From Dimorphilus gyrociliatus (taxonomy: Eukaryota; Animalia; Annelida), in assembly GCA_904063045.1 (NCBI GenBank), contig CAJFCJ010000009.1:2418968-2482967 (forward strand): a stretch of DNA of 64,000 bases, read 5' to 3'. Positions within the stretch are counted from its first letter, which is position 1. Each line of letters begins with the position of its first letter. Positions 48,063-62,300 of this stretch are shown piece after piece. Made by a program: the position numbers and the translations under genes. The notes under the pieces are model-generated. The model made no database searches. It saw only the letters and a program-made list of their open reading frames with translations, and was not told the origin of the DNA.

Positions 48063-50339
48063 ATGTCCGAAAACAGTTCCAACACAACGGTGGATGATAA
48101 TGTAGTCAAGGAGAAAGAACTACTAATGGGTGATAATGTTCATGTTGGAAATGACGATAACGAGGTACACGTAACTCCTCGAAATGAAGAATTAAAGGAG
48201 GATAGAGACAAACTCGTTGACATAAATGTAAATGAAATTCAAGATATTGAAAATAAATCAGAGAAAGTTCCTGCTACAGATGCTAGTAAAAACGATGCTG
48301 CTCTTCTAAATGAAAACTCAAACGAAGAAGAAAACAAAGACAACGAAAACAGCGTTGAAAAGCGAGTAGATGATATTTCGAGTGAAGTCGACTTAAATCA
48401 AGATCAAATACCAAGCTATTCTTCAGAGAAGGATGATAATTCTCAGGCTGTACAGTATGTTTCTGAGGAGAGTAAAAATACTTGCGACAACGAAGAATTG
48501 TCTTCCAATAACGAGAATATTCAAATTGAGAAAACAGAAATGGAGAAAGTATCTTCTTCAGAAGAATTAGAAAAAGATCTCCCATCGGAAAAACCGTCAA
48601 ACGAGGATGTACAAGATGATATCTCTACTGAACAGCCTTCAATAGGAGATAATCCACCATCGCTAAATAAGGAATCAAATCAAGAAATAAATAATAGCAA
48701 TCTTCTAAATTTTACCAACGAAGGGGTAGAAGATGAAACATTGTTAATCCGTGGTCTAGCTGCCAGTGAAGAAGATTTCAGGCTAAACGGTCAACCACAG
48801 ATTTCTGCTGAAGAAAATATTTCTTCACCCAATGATATTCCATCGCCTACCGAAGAATTTAGTAATACAGTTACTTCCACTCCGCTGACTACTACGCTGC
48901 ATCAACTGATAGAAGATCCTATAGTTGGAAGTCAAGAGATGCTAACTTCAGAAGAGTTAATAAATGTGGAGTCTTTAGCCAAAGATCAATATTTATCCAC
49001 TACAGATGTTGATAAATCTCTTAATACAAGCGCAGGGGAGCTCACAGCTCCTCAACCAGAAGAACCGTCATCTCAACTCGTCGAGCCTTTATCCTCTCAA
49101 ACTGAAGAACATTTAGCCCCAGATTCAGAAGAACTCTGCGCAACAAAGTCTGAAGATAGGGCTGCCGATTTGCCTCAAGACCTTCAAGAGAGGATCACCT
49201 CAGATGAAGATCGATTGGATTCTACAGAAAAATCAAATACTAATGCTTCCCAAGATAACCGATTTGAATCCCCTTCATTAGAAGACCAGGAAATTCGTGC
49301 AGAAGATCAATCATCAAATGCTTTTAGTCAAAACTCCGCTCCTAATGAAGACATCAACAAGTACACAGAAGAGTCAAATTCTGAAAATTCTCTTATTGAT
49401 GTTGGTGAAGGAAGTATACCTAACGACAAACAAAATCAATCTGCTCTTAACCAAAGGGAGTTGATATTAGATGATATGAAGATCGCTTCAGATCAAGAGT
49501 CAAAAAATGCAGCCGATCAAGTAAATGAAGAGGAAAAAGAAGAAAATATAGAAGAAAAGCCCTTCTCTCTCGAAGAAAATCTTTCGCAAAATACAGATCT
49601 TCCAGTGTCCGATTCTGTAACTGAAGAAATTCTAATTCCACAAGAGACCGAAAATTTCTCAACAGATAAGCTTACTCCTTGTGAAGAAGACGAAGAAAAT
49701 ATCGACTCAGAGAAAGAATTCTCTCGAGAAAATAGCAATGATCCAGAACCTGTAATCGAAGAAATGTCGAAAAATCAAATTGAGCTGGAGGAAAGTATGC
49801 CTCAATCATATGAAACAAATGAATGTGAGGATTTTGTAGAAATCGAGGAAAGAAAACTCTTAGCATCCTCTCCACAAGAAGAAATCATGGACAATCTGGA
49901 AAACGAAGAAAAATTCGAATGCTACGAAGAAACCGAAAACGTGCCAAGTCACTATAGCGATATGTCAGCTAATCCTGATAAAAAATTAAATGTAGAGTCC
50001 CTTCAGACGAGATTAACGGACCCTGAGCAACTTGACGCAAATAATGGAGTTTCCGAAAATTTATTGGAATATACTGAAGAAGTTGCAACCAACATTTTAC
50101 AGAGTAGTCGCGAAGAAATTGCCAGAAAATCGACAACCAGGAGTTTTTGGTCAAGAGAATACCAAGAATTCCTGAAAAAAAAATTATCGTCTTTACCTTC
50201 TCTTATATTCTTCAGTTTTATATTTATTTCCGGTGTTCTAGGCTCTTCTCTCGAAATGAGCGTTCTACCTTTTGCGCTCTTCAACGTTGTTGCATTTTTA
50301 AGTATTTTTCTAATCTATAAGTGCTTTTTGAGTTGCTAA
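48063..50339 (+). CDS. Uncharacterised acidic low-complexity protein (~760 aa) with C-terminal hydrophobic membrane anchor(s)
   Basis: Single long ORF rich in E/D/S/N. The last ~45 aa form two hydrophobic stretches (LIFFSFIFISGVLG; VLPFALFNVVAFLSIFLIY). First ATG is at 48063, just after an AG acceptor. Confidence 0.8.
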   Translation: MSENSSNTTVDDNVVKEKELLMGDNVHVGNDDNEVHVTPRNEELKEDRDKLVDINVNEIQDIENKSEKVPATDASKNDAALLNENSNEEENKDNENSVEKRVDDISSEVDLNQDQIPSYSSEKDDNSQAVQYVSEESKNTCDNEELSSNNENIQIEKTEMEKVSSSEELEKDLPSEKPSNEDVQDDISTEQPSIGDNPPSLNKESNQEINNSNLLNFTNEGVEDETLLIRGLAASEEDFRLNGQPQISAEENISSPNDIPSPTEEFSNTVTSTPLTTTLHQLIEDPIVGSQEMLTSEELINVESLAKDQYLSTTDVDKSLNTSAGELTAPQPEEPSSQLVEPLSSQTEEHLAPDSEELCATKSEDRAADLPQDLQERITSDEDRLDSTEKSNTNASQDNRFESPSLEDQEIRAEDQSSNAFSQNSAPNEDINKYTEESNSENSLIDVGEGSIPNDKQNQSALNQRELILDDMKIASDQESKNAADQVNEEEKEENIEEKPFSLEENLSQNTDLPVSDSVTEEILIPQETENFSTDKLTPCEEDEENIDSEKEFSRENSNDPEPVIEEMSKNQIELEESMPQSYETNECEDFVEIEERKLLASSPQEEIMDNLENEEKFECYEETENVPSHYSDMSANPDKKLNVESLQTRLTDPEQLDANNGVSENLLEYTEEVATNILQSSREEIARKSTTRSFWSREYQEFLKKKLSSLPSLIFFSFIFISGVLGSSLEMSVLPFALFNVVAFLSIFLIYKCFLSC

Positions 50340-50896
50340 CTTTTTTTTTGCTTCTGCTACGACTTAACTATGCAAAGTACAGTTTAAACTGTATACTATG
50401 TGCATACAAAAATATGTATTATATACACGCAAAATGTTTATTTATTAGCAAGGCTTAGCTATGAGGGAAAATAAATTGATTTGTGATTAATTCTTTTCTT
50501 CCAATCCAAACTTGAATGTGTATAGTACAGAATTAAACATCAAATAACATAATATCAATATTTAAATGCGAAAAACAATGAGAGAGCGACAAAAAGTTAG
50601 TTGAGTTAAACATTTATTTACAAATACTAATTATTCTGTTAAGTATACATGAACAGAATAGCTATAACGGTCTTAAATGTATATAAACAATATATATCGG
50701 ATAGCACCGTCCGTCATAAACAATCCCGAAATATAAATATATATTAGGCCTAAATAACAAAAAATGTTAAGTGTATTTAAACAGACCTATAGCTCTTGGG
50801 TTTTTTTCATTAAATGGTAAATGAAATATATAATAAATTTGAATAGTTTTTCTTTCCTTGTTTATTACCTGTGTTATAAATCTAGTAGTTTAAAAG

Positions 50897-51677
50897 TTAA
50901 TCCTCACTGCTACTACTGCTAGAAGATTCACTCGACATTATTTCAACGTCGTCGGGCTCTTTTCCTCTTGTAGGCACAGATGGTGTTAGAGTGCTTTCAA
51001 CAGGGGTTGGCCAGCTGGAAACTCCAGTCTGAGAGTTGGAAGGGGCTCGAGTTGCTAGAGCCTCACTTAAACCCCTGGTTTGAATCAAATTGGCTGGTAA
51101 TTCTCGAATTTTTCCTAACCAACCATTCCTCATATCATTCTCAGTTGGGAATGGTCTTCGAGGATCTCCCTGCACCCAGTTCGGGGGCGCAACGACGGAA
51201 TGAGAAGCGCTAATTTTGTGAGCATATTTTATAACGTCATCTACTGGCAGTTTGTTGTGTCTTGCTCTTTTGGCAACAGCTAATTTCTGTTTGCCTTCAT
51301 AAATGGCAACCGACAACAGAGACTCAGCTTCCCTTAAGCTATTTTGCAACTGTCTGATTTCGTAATCACGCTGAGCAATCTTCGCTTTTATTTCTTCTGT
51401 GTTTTTATGAACTTCAACTTGTCTTATAGCAGTTTTGATGGTTTCTTGTAATTCTTCATCCTTGCTAACGAGGAGTTCGACTAGTTGGCCGGTATCAATG
51501 CTGGAATGCCTCTGACCCTTCGAAGATATAACATCTAGTAGTTCTCTAAAAGTTAGCGATAATACAATAAATTAGGGGAAATTGTATAAAACATAAGATA
51601 CAATAAGCTTACTTTGATATGATTTCAAAATCAACGATGAGTGATAATAACTTTTGTTTAGTACCAGATGATGACAT
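50897..51677 (-). CDS. MED4: Mediator subunit MED4 (2 exons)
   Basis: KDEELQETIK...RDYEIRQLQNSLREAESLLSVAIYEGKQKL...KYAHKISASHSV.APPNWVQGDPRRPFPTE.DMR.GWLG and a C-terminal MSSESSSSSSSED. Confidence 0.95.
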
Positions 51678-51914
51678 AGTGAAGCCTAAAAATTAATAAG
51701 AAATATATAAAAAATCAAGTGCCGCAAATCTGGCACAAAGCCGAAAATTGATGAACCGACTGCTGATTGGCTGTTGAATATAGTCCAATGAAAAAATTGA
51801 TGTTTTGTTCCATTCAGCACAAGTAAGGCTTTGTTGTTTTGTAATGTCAAGGGAAATACTCACTAGGCTGAGTCTCTTTAGCAATCCCACAAGAAGCGGC
51901 TTTAAATTTGAGAA
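51678..51914. promoter_or_regulatory. 237-bp bidirectional promoter MED4/RUVBL2 with two opposed CCAAT boxes
   Basis: ATTGG at 51766-51770 (CAGCCAATCAG on the - strand) and CCAAT at 51785-51789, between divergent ATGs. Confidence 0.6.
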
Positions 51915-53943
<2,029 letters not shown>

Positions 53944-54211
53944 ACGGGCATGAATAATAAATTCTCGGATAGCCTGTATATTTGTACACGTTCGAGTTAG
54001 CTTTGTTATACGTTTTATAACCGGAAATACACTTTTTTAAAATTAAAAATAAAGAATACCTTTTGTTCATAAGAATGACAAAATTATAAAACAGATGGCG
54101 CTTATATACAGTAATCGCAAGAAGGGTAGATTGAATATGTTTTGCTCTACTTATAAATAGTAAATCATAGTATCGAACGTAAGTAACTATAGGATCAATA
54201 GGAACGGCAAC

Positions 54212-55307
54212 ATGGCGGAAGAACTGGAAGAGGAGATAAAGAATAGATTAAACAATTTTTCTGACGAAATGCAACGTTTTGGCACCACTAAGGGTTTCAA
54301 AAATTTTGCCATGTATTCCAGAGGTAAAGAGGAGTTAGTTATATCTGTAGTAAACGAACCAAAAGATATAGATAACAAATATACGAGTCCACCAATAAGT
54401 CCAGTTAGTCTAACAAGTGGTTCGACGTCACGCCGAACGAGCTTTTCGGTAAATTTTTCGTCATCGATTACGTCTAGAAATCTACCATACGATAAAAGAT
54501 CGTTAATGCTCTCTGCTGCAACGCAAATAAAGCTTGGTAGAAGGGATGAAGAAGTGGGCTTACCGCCAGCATCTCCCAGTGATCATGATCAAACATCAAT
54601 GCAAGAAAATACAACACTTTTTCTCTTGGGGGCCTATGTAAGATATAATAATCCATACGTTTGGATTCGAACTAACCACGAAAGGCTAATAAGTCTTAGC
54701 GGCTTTAAACAATCGGATAAGGATTCGCCATTAAAGTTAAAATCAACAAGTAATTGGTTTTCTAAAGGTATACAATATAAACTTTTTATATTGTAAATAT
54801 CTGTAATAAAACATACTTTAATCTAAAAAAAAACGTTTAGATTTTAAACCATGGCATTGCGTAGAAGAGATTGTACGGCTTTGTACTTATCCCCCACCAA
54901 TCAATCCATTTGAGATAGATAGAGGATATTTTACGGAATTACCTTTGGATAAACGAATAGTTGCCGAAGGTGCTATGATATCAATTTTAACAGATATTGT
55001 TAATACTGCTTCTGACGGTAAACCGTATATATCTAAAGGTAAACGCATAATTTTACTTTTATATTAGCATACTATACAGTATTTCAGTAAGATTATTAAT
55101 TATTAACTGCTGTTTTTTTATTATTAAACAGTTTTAAAAGAGATTCAAGAATTGACGAGAAAGCATTGCAATCATTTGCTTTCTCTACATAAAACGTGTA
55201 CAGAGGTCATCAACGATCGAAGATCTATTTCTTTGCCTTTTTGCAATTATTCTTTGGCACATAGTTCGGGTTTTAAACTAGTAAACATGTTAAACGAAAT
55301 TGCTTAG
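54212..55307 (+). CDS. Uncharacterised protein (~310 aa, 3 exons), family not recognised
   Basis: Phase-consistent GT-AG chain. A Ser-rich linker sits between globular-looking blocks, e.g. LFLLGAYVRYNNPYVWIRTNH and PWHCVEEIVRLCTYPPPINPFEID. Confidence 0.75.
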
Positions 55308-55389
55308 TTGGAAATTTGGTAGTATATTTAAAAATTCGAAAAGTTAACATAATAAATACAATAAAAAAAAACATATGATATAATTTATT

Positions 55390-56400
55390 ATGAGATACCG
55401 TTTTAAGACACTAATAAGGATTTGTTTATTAGTTATTAATATACCTTTATTATTGATTGGCTTTGCAATACTTATACTGGCATCTTTAATAATTGGTTGG
55501 AAGGAGTATAAGTTTTTAATTCAAGCATCAAACGAAGCTGATTCCAGTGAATCAAACTCAATAAAAGTCATAGGCGTTTGTGTGACTATTATTGGATTAA
55601 TTTTATTCATGACCGGTTTATTTAGTGTAGTTGGATCGGTTACTGTTAATCTTAAAGTGCTTCTCTTATCCATTATTACAAATACGTTGTTTGCGTGCTC
55701 GTTGGTAGGGATAAAGTCAAATTCTTGCAAATTATTAATAAAAATCTTATAAAGCCAATTTTTTTCGTCTTTCAAATAGATTATGATTATTGCAACTATA
55801 AATATCAGCAATCTAATCCATCCCCTTAGAGAACCATTTAGCATATTAGTAAAGAACATTTACGGAAAGTGGAGGGATGAGCACGGCGCAAAGTTGTGGA
55901 GGGATCGCATAGATTATTTGCAGTATTCATTAAAATGTTGCGGCTTCAAGTCCCTTATTGAAGAATATGGTAATTCAACTGTTCCGGATTCGTGCAGTAA
56001 GCAATATGCTTATCAAACAGAAACGTCTAGTATAAAGAAAAAGGCTATTCTTGATCTTATTGATAACGGTTTGTTTCACTGAAATTTTAGAGGAACACTC
56101 TCAGTTCAAGTATCACTGTCATCTTAAACAGATATATTATCAGATCACTATTTTAACATCTCTTGCTCTATAAAGATACAAGAGAAGATAAATACAATAA
56201 TCGCCTTACCCTTTTTAATATCTATCGTAACAATTACGTTATTAGTATGTTTTGAAATAATTGCTACACTCTACCTATGCATTCAAGTGAAAAGAGTACA
56301 ATCATTCAATAACGAAGTTGTTACTTCAGTTGTAGAATTTAGATATTCAGCGAGCGATTATAATTTTGACGATGACGTTAAATCCTTTAAAGGCTTATAA
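55390..56400 (+). CDS. Divergent tetraspanin (3 exons)
   Basis: Four hydrophobic segments. The large loop has CCG (LKCCGF), PDSC and a distal Cys. Introns at about 55707-55779 and 56069-56131. Confidence 0.85.
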
Positions 56401-56846
56401 TAAATCGAAGTAGAATACACGAAACAATTATCGATTGTCTAAAACTCTAGATCTCTCTTAATTTAAGAACAAAAGTACAAGTTCAAGGGAAACTTCTATT
56501 TTCTATGCAGCCGATAAGTAATCAACAATCGAACACTTTTATTAAAATAGAAAGAAGAGTTCTCCTTCTTTTATTGACAGTTTTTATTTATCTATATATG
56601 CATATATACTAATATATATTTATATTTATATATGTATGTCGAATAAGAGAATAATATATAGGTTGATTATAAATTCCTCTTAAATTATCTCGAATGTAAT
56701 TGCGTCACAAATATTTACCTAGAAATTGTCATATATTATAACCTACTATTTTGGTCCTGATAAATTTGGAATTTCTTATCAGATTATGGATGTTATGCAG
56801 GCATCTTATGATAAGATAGCCATCCTCTTCCATATAAAAATCAGAA

Positions 56847-58816
56847 ATGATTCGTGCTAATTTTACTTGTTATCCAGTATTTGCATTAAGTATGAGGAAC
56901 ATTCTACTAATTTTATTAGTTATTGTTGCAAATGTTGCAACTTTGAATCACTATGAAGAAAATTTGATAAAGGCGTTTGCAACGATTGAAAGTGATGAAA
57001 AATTGATGCTAGAATGGAAGCAGAACGTTGAAATGCAAAAGAATTATAAAGTAAATGTTACAAGAGAGAAAATTGTTTTTTGACAATGCTCAACTAAATT
57101 CTTTGTTCTTTTTTTTTTATTGACAGGTTCCCAACTTTCCATTTCAATGTTCGACTCAAAATATGAGTGGCAATCCCCAAAATGGTAGTAAATTAAGTTG
57201 AATAAGGGAAAATAAGCTTTAATTATTTCTTTTTTGCAGTTCACGAATTAAAACCTGGAGATATAAATGCTATTGCTGCTTTTGGTGATTCTGTTACTGT
57301 AAATATCTTCTTATGAAATTTAAACTATTTACTCTTCTAATAATTGTTTTCTTCTACTTTAAATATAGGCTGGAAATGGCATTCACGCTCAAATATTACC
57401 AGAAGTAGCTTTACAAGTTCGCGGAGTGTCTTGGAGGTAGGTCAATATTTGAAATCTTTTATGTAAGAATTTGTAATCTTTTTCGTACTATTTAGTATTG
57501 GAGGAGATAAGTCTCTCGAAGAGCATGTGTATACAATCACAAGTAATTAATTATATGAATATTATATCCGATAATATCGATGATTTCTAATTAAACAGAT
57601 ATTTTAAAAAAGTACAATCCAAATATTAAGGGATATTCAACTGGTATTGGATGGGATTGGGAAGAAAATTCGTGGTTAAATGTTGCTGTTCCTGGAGGAA
57701 AAGCAAGGTTTTTTTTTAGAATATAATATATATATACTGTATATAGTATATTAAATGTAGATAAAATCTTTAATTTAAAATATTTACAGAGATTTCCCAG
57801 ATCAAGCTGATGAATTAATACAAAGATTCAAAAGAGATTCAAGAATCGATTACCTCAATGATTGGAAATTAATAACCCTCTTTGTTGGTGGAAATGATCT
57901 GTGCCAGTATTGCTTTAATAACGTAATAAGCAATTACTTAAAAGCTACTTTAAACTTTATCACTTGTATTTTTATTCTCCTTTTATCAGGAAAGTTCTAG
58001 TCCAGCTAAATTTGTTGATGATTATAGAGTTGCCTTGGACAAATTACACGCAGAAGTTCCAAGAGCTTTGGTTCAAATTGTACCCATGTTTGATGTCAGT
58101 CCCATTCGCCATCTTAGTACTGGCTTTATCTGCGATATATTCCATAGGTATATAATTATTCTATTCATTCTAATTGCGTGTTTGTACTATATAACGCCAT
58201 AAATCTATTTGTATATAATCTTTTATAGTGTTGTGTGCTCTTGTGGAATTAATGAAGAGACAAGGCCTCAATTACGACCTGTGCAATTGGCATACGCTAT
58301 AGGGTTACGAAATCTTATTAGCTCTGGAAGGTACGATACTCGTAATGATTTTACCGTCGTTTATCAACCTTATTTGAGAGATTTGAAACCACCTAGAGAT
58401 GTAAGTATACTATTACATTTGTTATTGTATCTGAATAACTATCAAAACTACTTTGTTAGCCTAATACAGGAGAATATGATAAATCTCTCTTTAGTCCTGA
58501 TTGTTTTCATCCAAATGAAAAAGGACATTCGTACTTTGCAGTAGGCCTCTGGAATCAAATGGTTCGTAGTAATAAAGTTTCTGTATTCTTTATTTTTGTA
58601 TATCCAATTCTTCTTCTTAGTTGGTAAAGGTTGGACAAAAAAGACCTGATGTACAAATTGAAGAGGTTACGGCAATAAATTGCCCTAAACAGGTAATTAA
58701 ATCTTATATTTCTTCAATAATTCTCTAATGTTTTTGTTATCTGTAATACTTTCACTCAGACCGATTACTTGTGGACAAGACTGAATAGTGGAAACGTTCA
58801 CGTGCCAAGAAGATAA
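56847..58816 (+). CDS. PLB1: Phospholipase B1-like secreted GDSL/SGNH lipase (single catalytic module), about 12 exons
   Basis: Signal peptide; VHELKPGDINAIAAFGDSVTAGNG; LNVAVPG; DWKLITLFVGGNDLC; RYDTRNDFTVVYQP; SPDCFHP. The start could be 56847 or 56892. Confidence 0.88.
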
Positions 58817-58946
58817 TTATATAAGTTTTATATTAGAAAAGAGACAGCTTCAAATCACATCATTGAAACACGAACTGACGTTTTGAAATTACTTTTTCAT
58901 TTTTTTAGTTGATGACTATTGAGTACATTAAAATTTACTGTAATTT

Positions 58947-58958
58947 TTTGGCGGGAAA
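58947..58958. promoter_or_regulatory. E2F-type site TTTGGCGGGAAA upstream of RTEL1
   Basis: Matches the E2F consensus on both strands, about 370 bp upstream of the RTEL1 ATG. An E-box GTCACGTGA is at 59116-59124. Confidence 0.5.
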
Positions 58959-59327
58959 GTCTTATATCTGTAATTATATTGAATTGTATTAAAATGATTT
59001 GAAACAAACAATCTTCTATGATATAAAATATAGTTTTTTATTACATAAATGTTATTTGAGTAATCTATAAAGAAAGCTTAATACCTTTTTCCCTTTAAAA
59101 TTTGTTAAACTACTGGTCACGTGATTATGGACACTACACTTTTGAACAAATTTCGGCGATACAGTTGACTGCCACTGGACCACTAAATTTGCCGAAAAAG
59201 ATATATTTAACGTTATGATTCTGTTATCAGTATACTTAAAAATTGAAATTATAAATCAGTAATAATTTTATAAAGAGAGTTTTATCACTTGATTTCAATA
59301 AGAGTAAAAAATTGACATATTATCGCC

Positions 59328-62300
59328 ATGGTGTTAATCTCGATAAACGGTGTTCAAATTAACTTTCCATTTGAACCATATTCTTGTCAGATAAATTATA
59401 TGGAAAAATTGACAGAATGTCTCCAAAAGGTGTTTATCATATTCTTCTTTACAAAAGTTATGATTACTTAAGAATATTCCCTTACAGGAATATAATGGAA
59501 TCTTAGAATCTCCAACGGGAACTGGTAAAACTCTATGTTTGTTATGTGGTACTTTGGCTTGGCTTGAATTGAAGAAGGCTCAAATTCAAAGTAAGAGGAA
59601 TGGCGTCGATAATCCTTTAAATGAAGGAGCCATTCAACTAGAAAAAGATTTAGATGTTGGAGCAGGGATCTGGAATAAGGAAACAAGTAAACATAAGAAA
59701 GAAGAAGAAAGCTACGTAAAATCAGTATATTTTCATTGTAAACCATTTCAGATGCTCCCAAAGTTATATTCGCTTCAAGAACCCACTCTCAATTAGCTCA
59801 GGCTATTCAGGAACTCAAAAGAACAGCATATAAACAGTATATATATAATTCATTCTTGGCTAATTAGATACCAATATTATAATTAAATTGATCCTTCCAG
59901 CTTGAAAGTAGCTATTCTAGGTTCCAGAGATCAGTTGTGTATACATCCTCAAGTATCTCAAGAGCAAAGTAATACTGCGAAAGTTCACATGTGCAGAGCT
60001 AAGGTTCAAAATAAGCAATGCTTTTTCTATAATAATGTAGATGGTAAGAAAATATATTATGAAATATTTCAATGACAAAAACAACATTCGAGATTATTTT
60101 TTAGCAAACGAATCACATTTTATTAATTCAAAAACTGTTCTGGATATTGAAGATTTGACTAAAATGGGAAAAAAATATAGGTAGAGAGATCCTACTCATC
60201 AAATCAATTAGGAATATACTAATATAAAAAGTCTTGCAGAACATGTCCTTATTATACTGCAAAGAAATTAAAAGCTAATGCAGATGTTATCTTCATGCCT
60301 TACAACTATCTTCTAGATCCAAAGGTAATCATTAGGTTAATGGCTATTGCCAACTCTTCTTTTTTCAATGTCTGTAATTTTCTTAATAGCTTAGAAAGAT
60401 GCATGGAGTAGAATTGGCAGGGAATATAGTAATATTTGACGAGGCTCATAATTTGGTTGGTGTCCTTTTTTTCTCTTTAAAATAGCAATTAACCCAACAA
60501 TCAAAATTTACATAGGAATCTATTTGTGAATCGAGTGCATCTACTGAAATAAGTTCAACTGATATTGCCGCATGTGTTCGAGAAATTTCCAACCTATTTA
60601 AACAAATGGAAGATTTTGCAACATTAAGTGAAAGAGATGATATATCTTCATCCGAACTTCCTATGCCTTCCGGTAAGGACGTTATTAAATTGAAGTACCA
60701 AGTTAATAATATACTTATTAAAATGTTGTAGAAGAGAATTTTAACCTGAAAGACCTTTTAGATATCAAAGGTAATAGCTCTGAATAAGATAATTTACTAA
60801 TAAAAGTTAAACTGAGACCTCTCACAAATAATACATGTATATATATCTATATATAGAAAAATTGCTAAAATTGGAAGAATTTATACAAAATGTCAATTTA
60901 ACTAGAGATAATGAATGTATTAAGGGATCCTAGTAAGTATTTATTATTATTTATATATAAATAATCTAATAAGTTAATTATTCTATAAATCTTTATCCTA
61001 TTAACACAGTTTTATTTTTGAATTTCTTGAATACGCCAACATAAGAATAGAATCAAAAGATACTATTCTAAATCTTGTTGATAGTATTTTAACATATACT
61101 TCCTCTCCAAGTTGTAAGTAAACTATTAGTACTTTACTTTGTATATCTATGATAAACATTATTGATTGGATATGCTTGTTTTTAATATCTATATATATAT
61201 ATTTATTGTTGTATTTGTTTTTATAGTTAGTATGAAGAGTCAAATGAGATGTACGGGATTAGGGAAATTTAGTGATTTTTTAAAGGTTATCAATCATTGA
61301 AATATCAAAAAAGAATTGTTTTTTATAATTTTTTATTATAGATTGTATTTAACGATTCACCAATTAAACAAAACGATAAAAGCTTAAAGGAACGAGTTTC
61401 CGCTCATTACAAAGTAAATATCCTTTTCTAAATTTTTTGGCTGTTTGATATTCAGGGTGTAACTGATGTTCATTAATGAGTACTTTTCGCTTTTCATTTC
61501 CATTTCGAAGGTTTTCCTTTGTGAGAAGGTAAAAACGAAAAATAGAGAAGGATTTAGTGCTATGAACTCCGCCCAAGGTGGTAGAACAATATCATACTGG
61601 TGCTTTAATCCTGGTTATGCGATGAAAGAGCTTGTTGATAGAGAAGTTAAATGCATTATACTAACAAGCGGAACGCTTTCTCCTCTATCCTCTTTTAAAA
61701 CGGAGATGGCTATGTTTGTTTAGACTTTGTCTATTTATTGCTAAAATTTACGTTTCTTTTCTCCTCTATAGACCATTCGAAATTGAACTCCAAAACGATC
61801 ACGTCATAGACTCATCTCAAATATTCGTATCTGTAGTAACGAGAGGACCGGATAGTATTCAGCTAAATTCTAAATATACAAATAGAGAGAATGACAAGTA
61901 TAAGTCTTCTTTGGGAAAGACTATAAGTGAGCTTACTGAATAATTAAAACTTTTTATCACGATTTATTTATTAAATACTTATCTATTGAAATTATTAGCA
62001 AACTGCTGTCGCCTGGTTCCTCATGGTGCTCTAGTTTTTTTTCCAAGCTATTACGTAATGGAATCAAATATTAAATTTTGGACTGTAAGTAATTTTTGGG
62101 AATAAACAAACACCAAAATGATGAATGAATAAATGAATTAACTATGTTAATTTTAAAAGGCAGAGAATTCATTTCAAAAACTCGATGGAATTAAGAAAAT
62201 CCACACAGAACCACGAACTAAAAATGAGCTAACAAGCGCAATGAATTCCTACTACGAGCATATTAATAATAAGGTTGGCGGTCTCTTTATGGCCGTTTGT

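Noticed and set aside
56040-56050. Possible GC donor (AAG|GCTATT) in the tetraspanin
   Set aside because: A canonical phase-1 GT donor at 56069 with an acceptor at 56131 gives a normal 63-nt intron and an intact frame.
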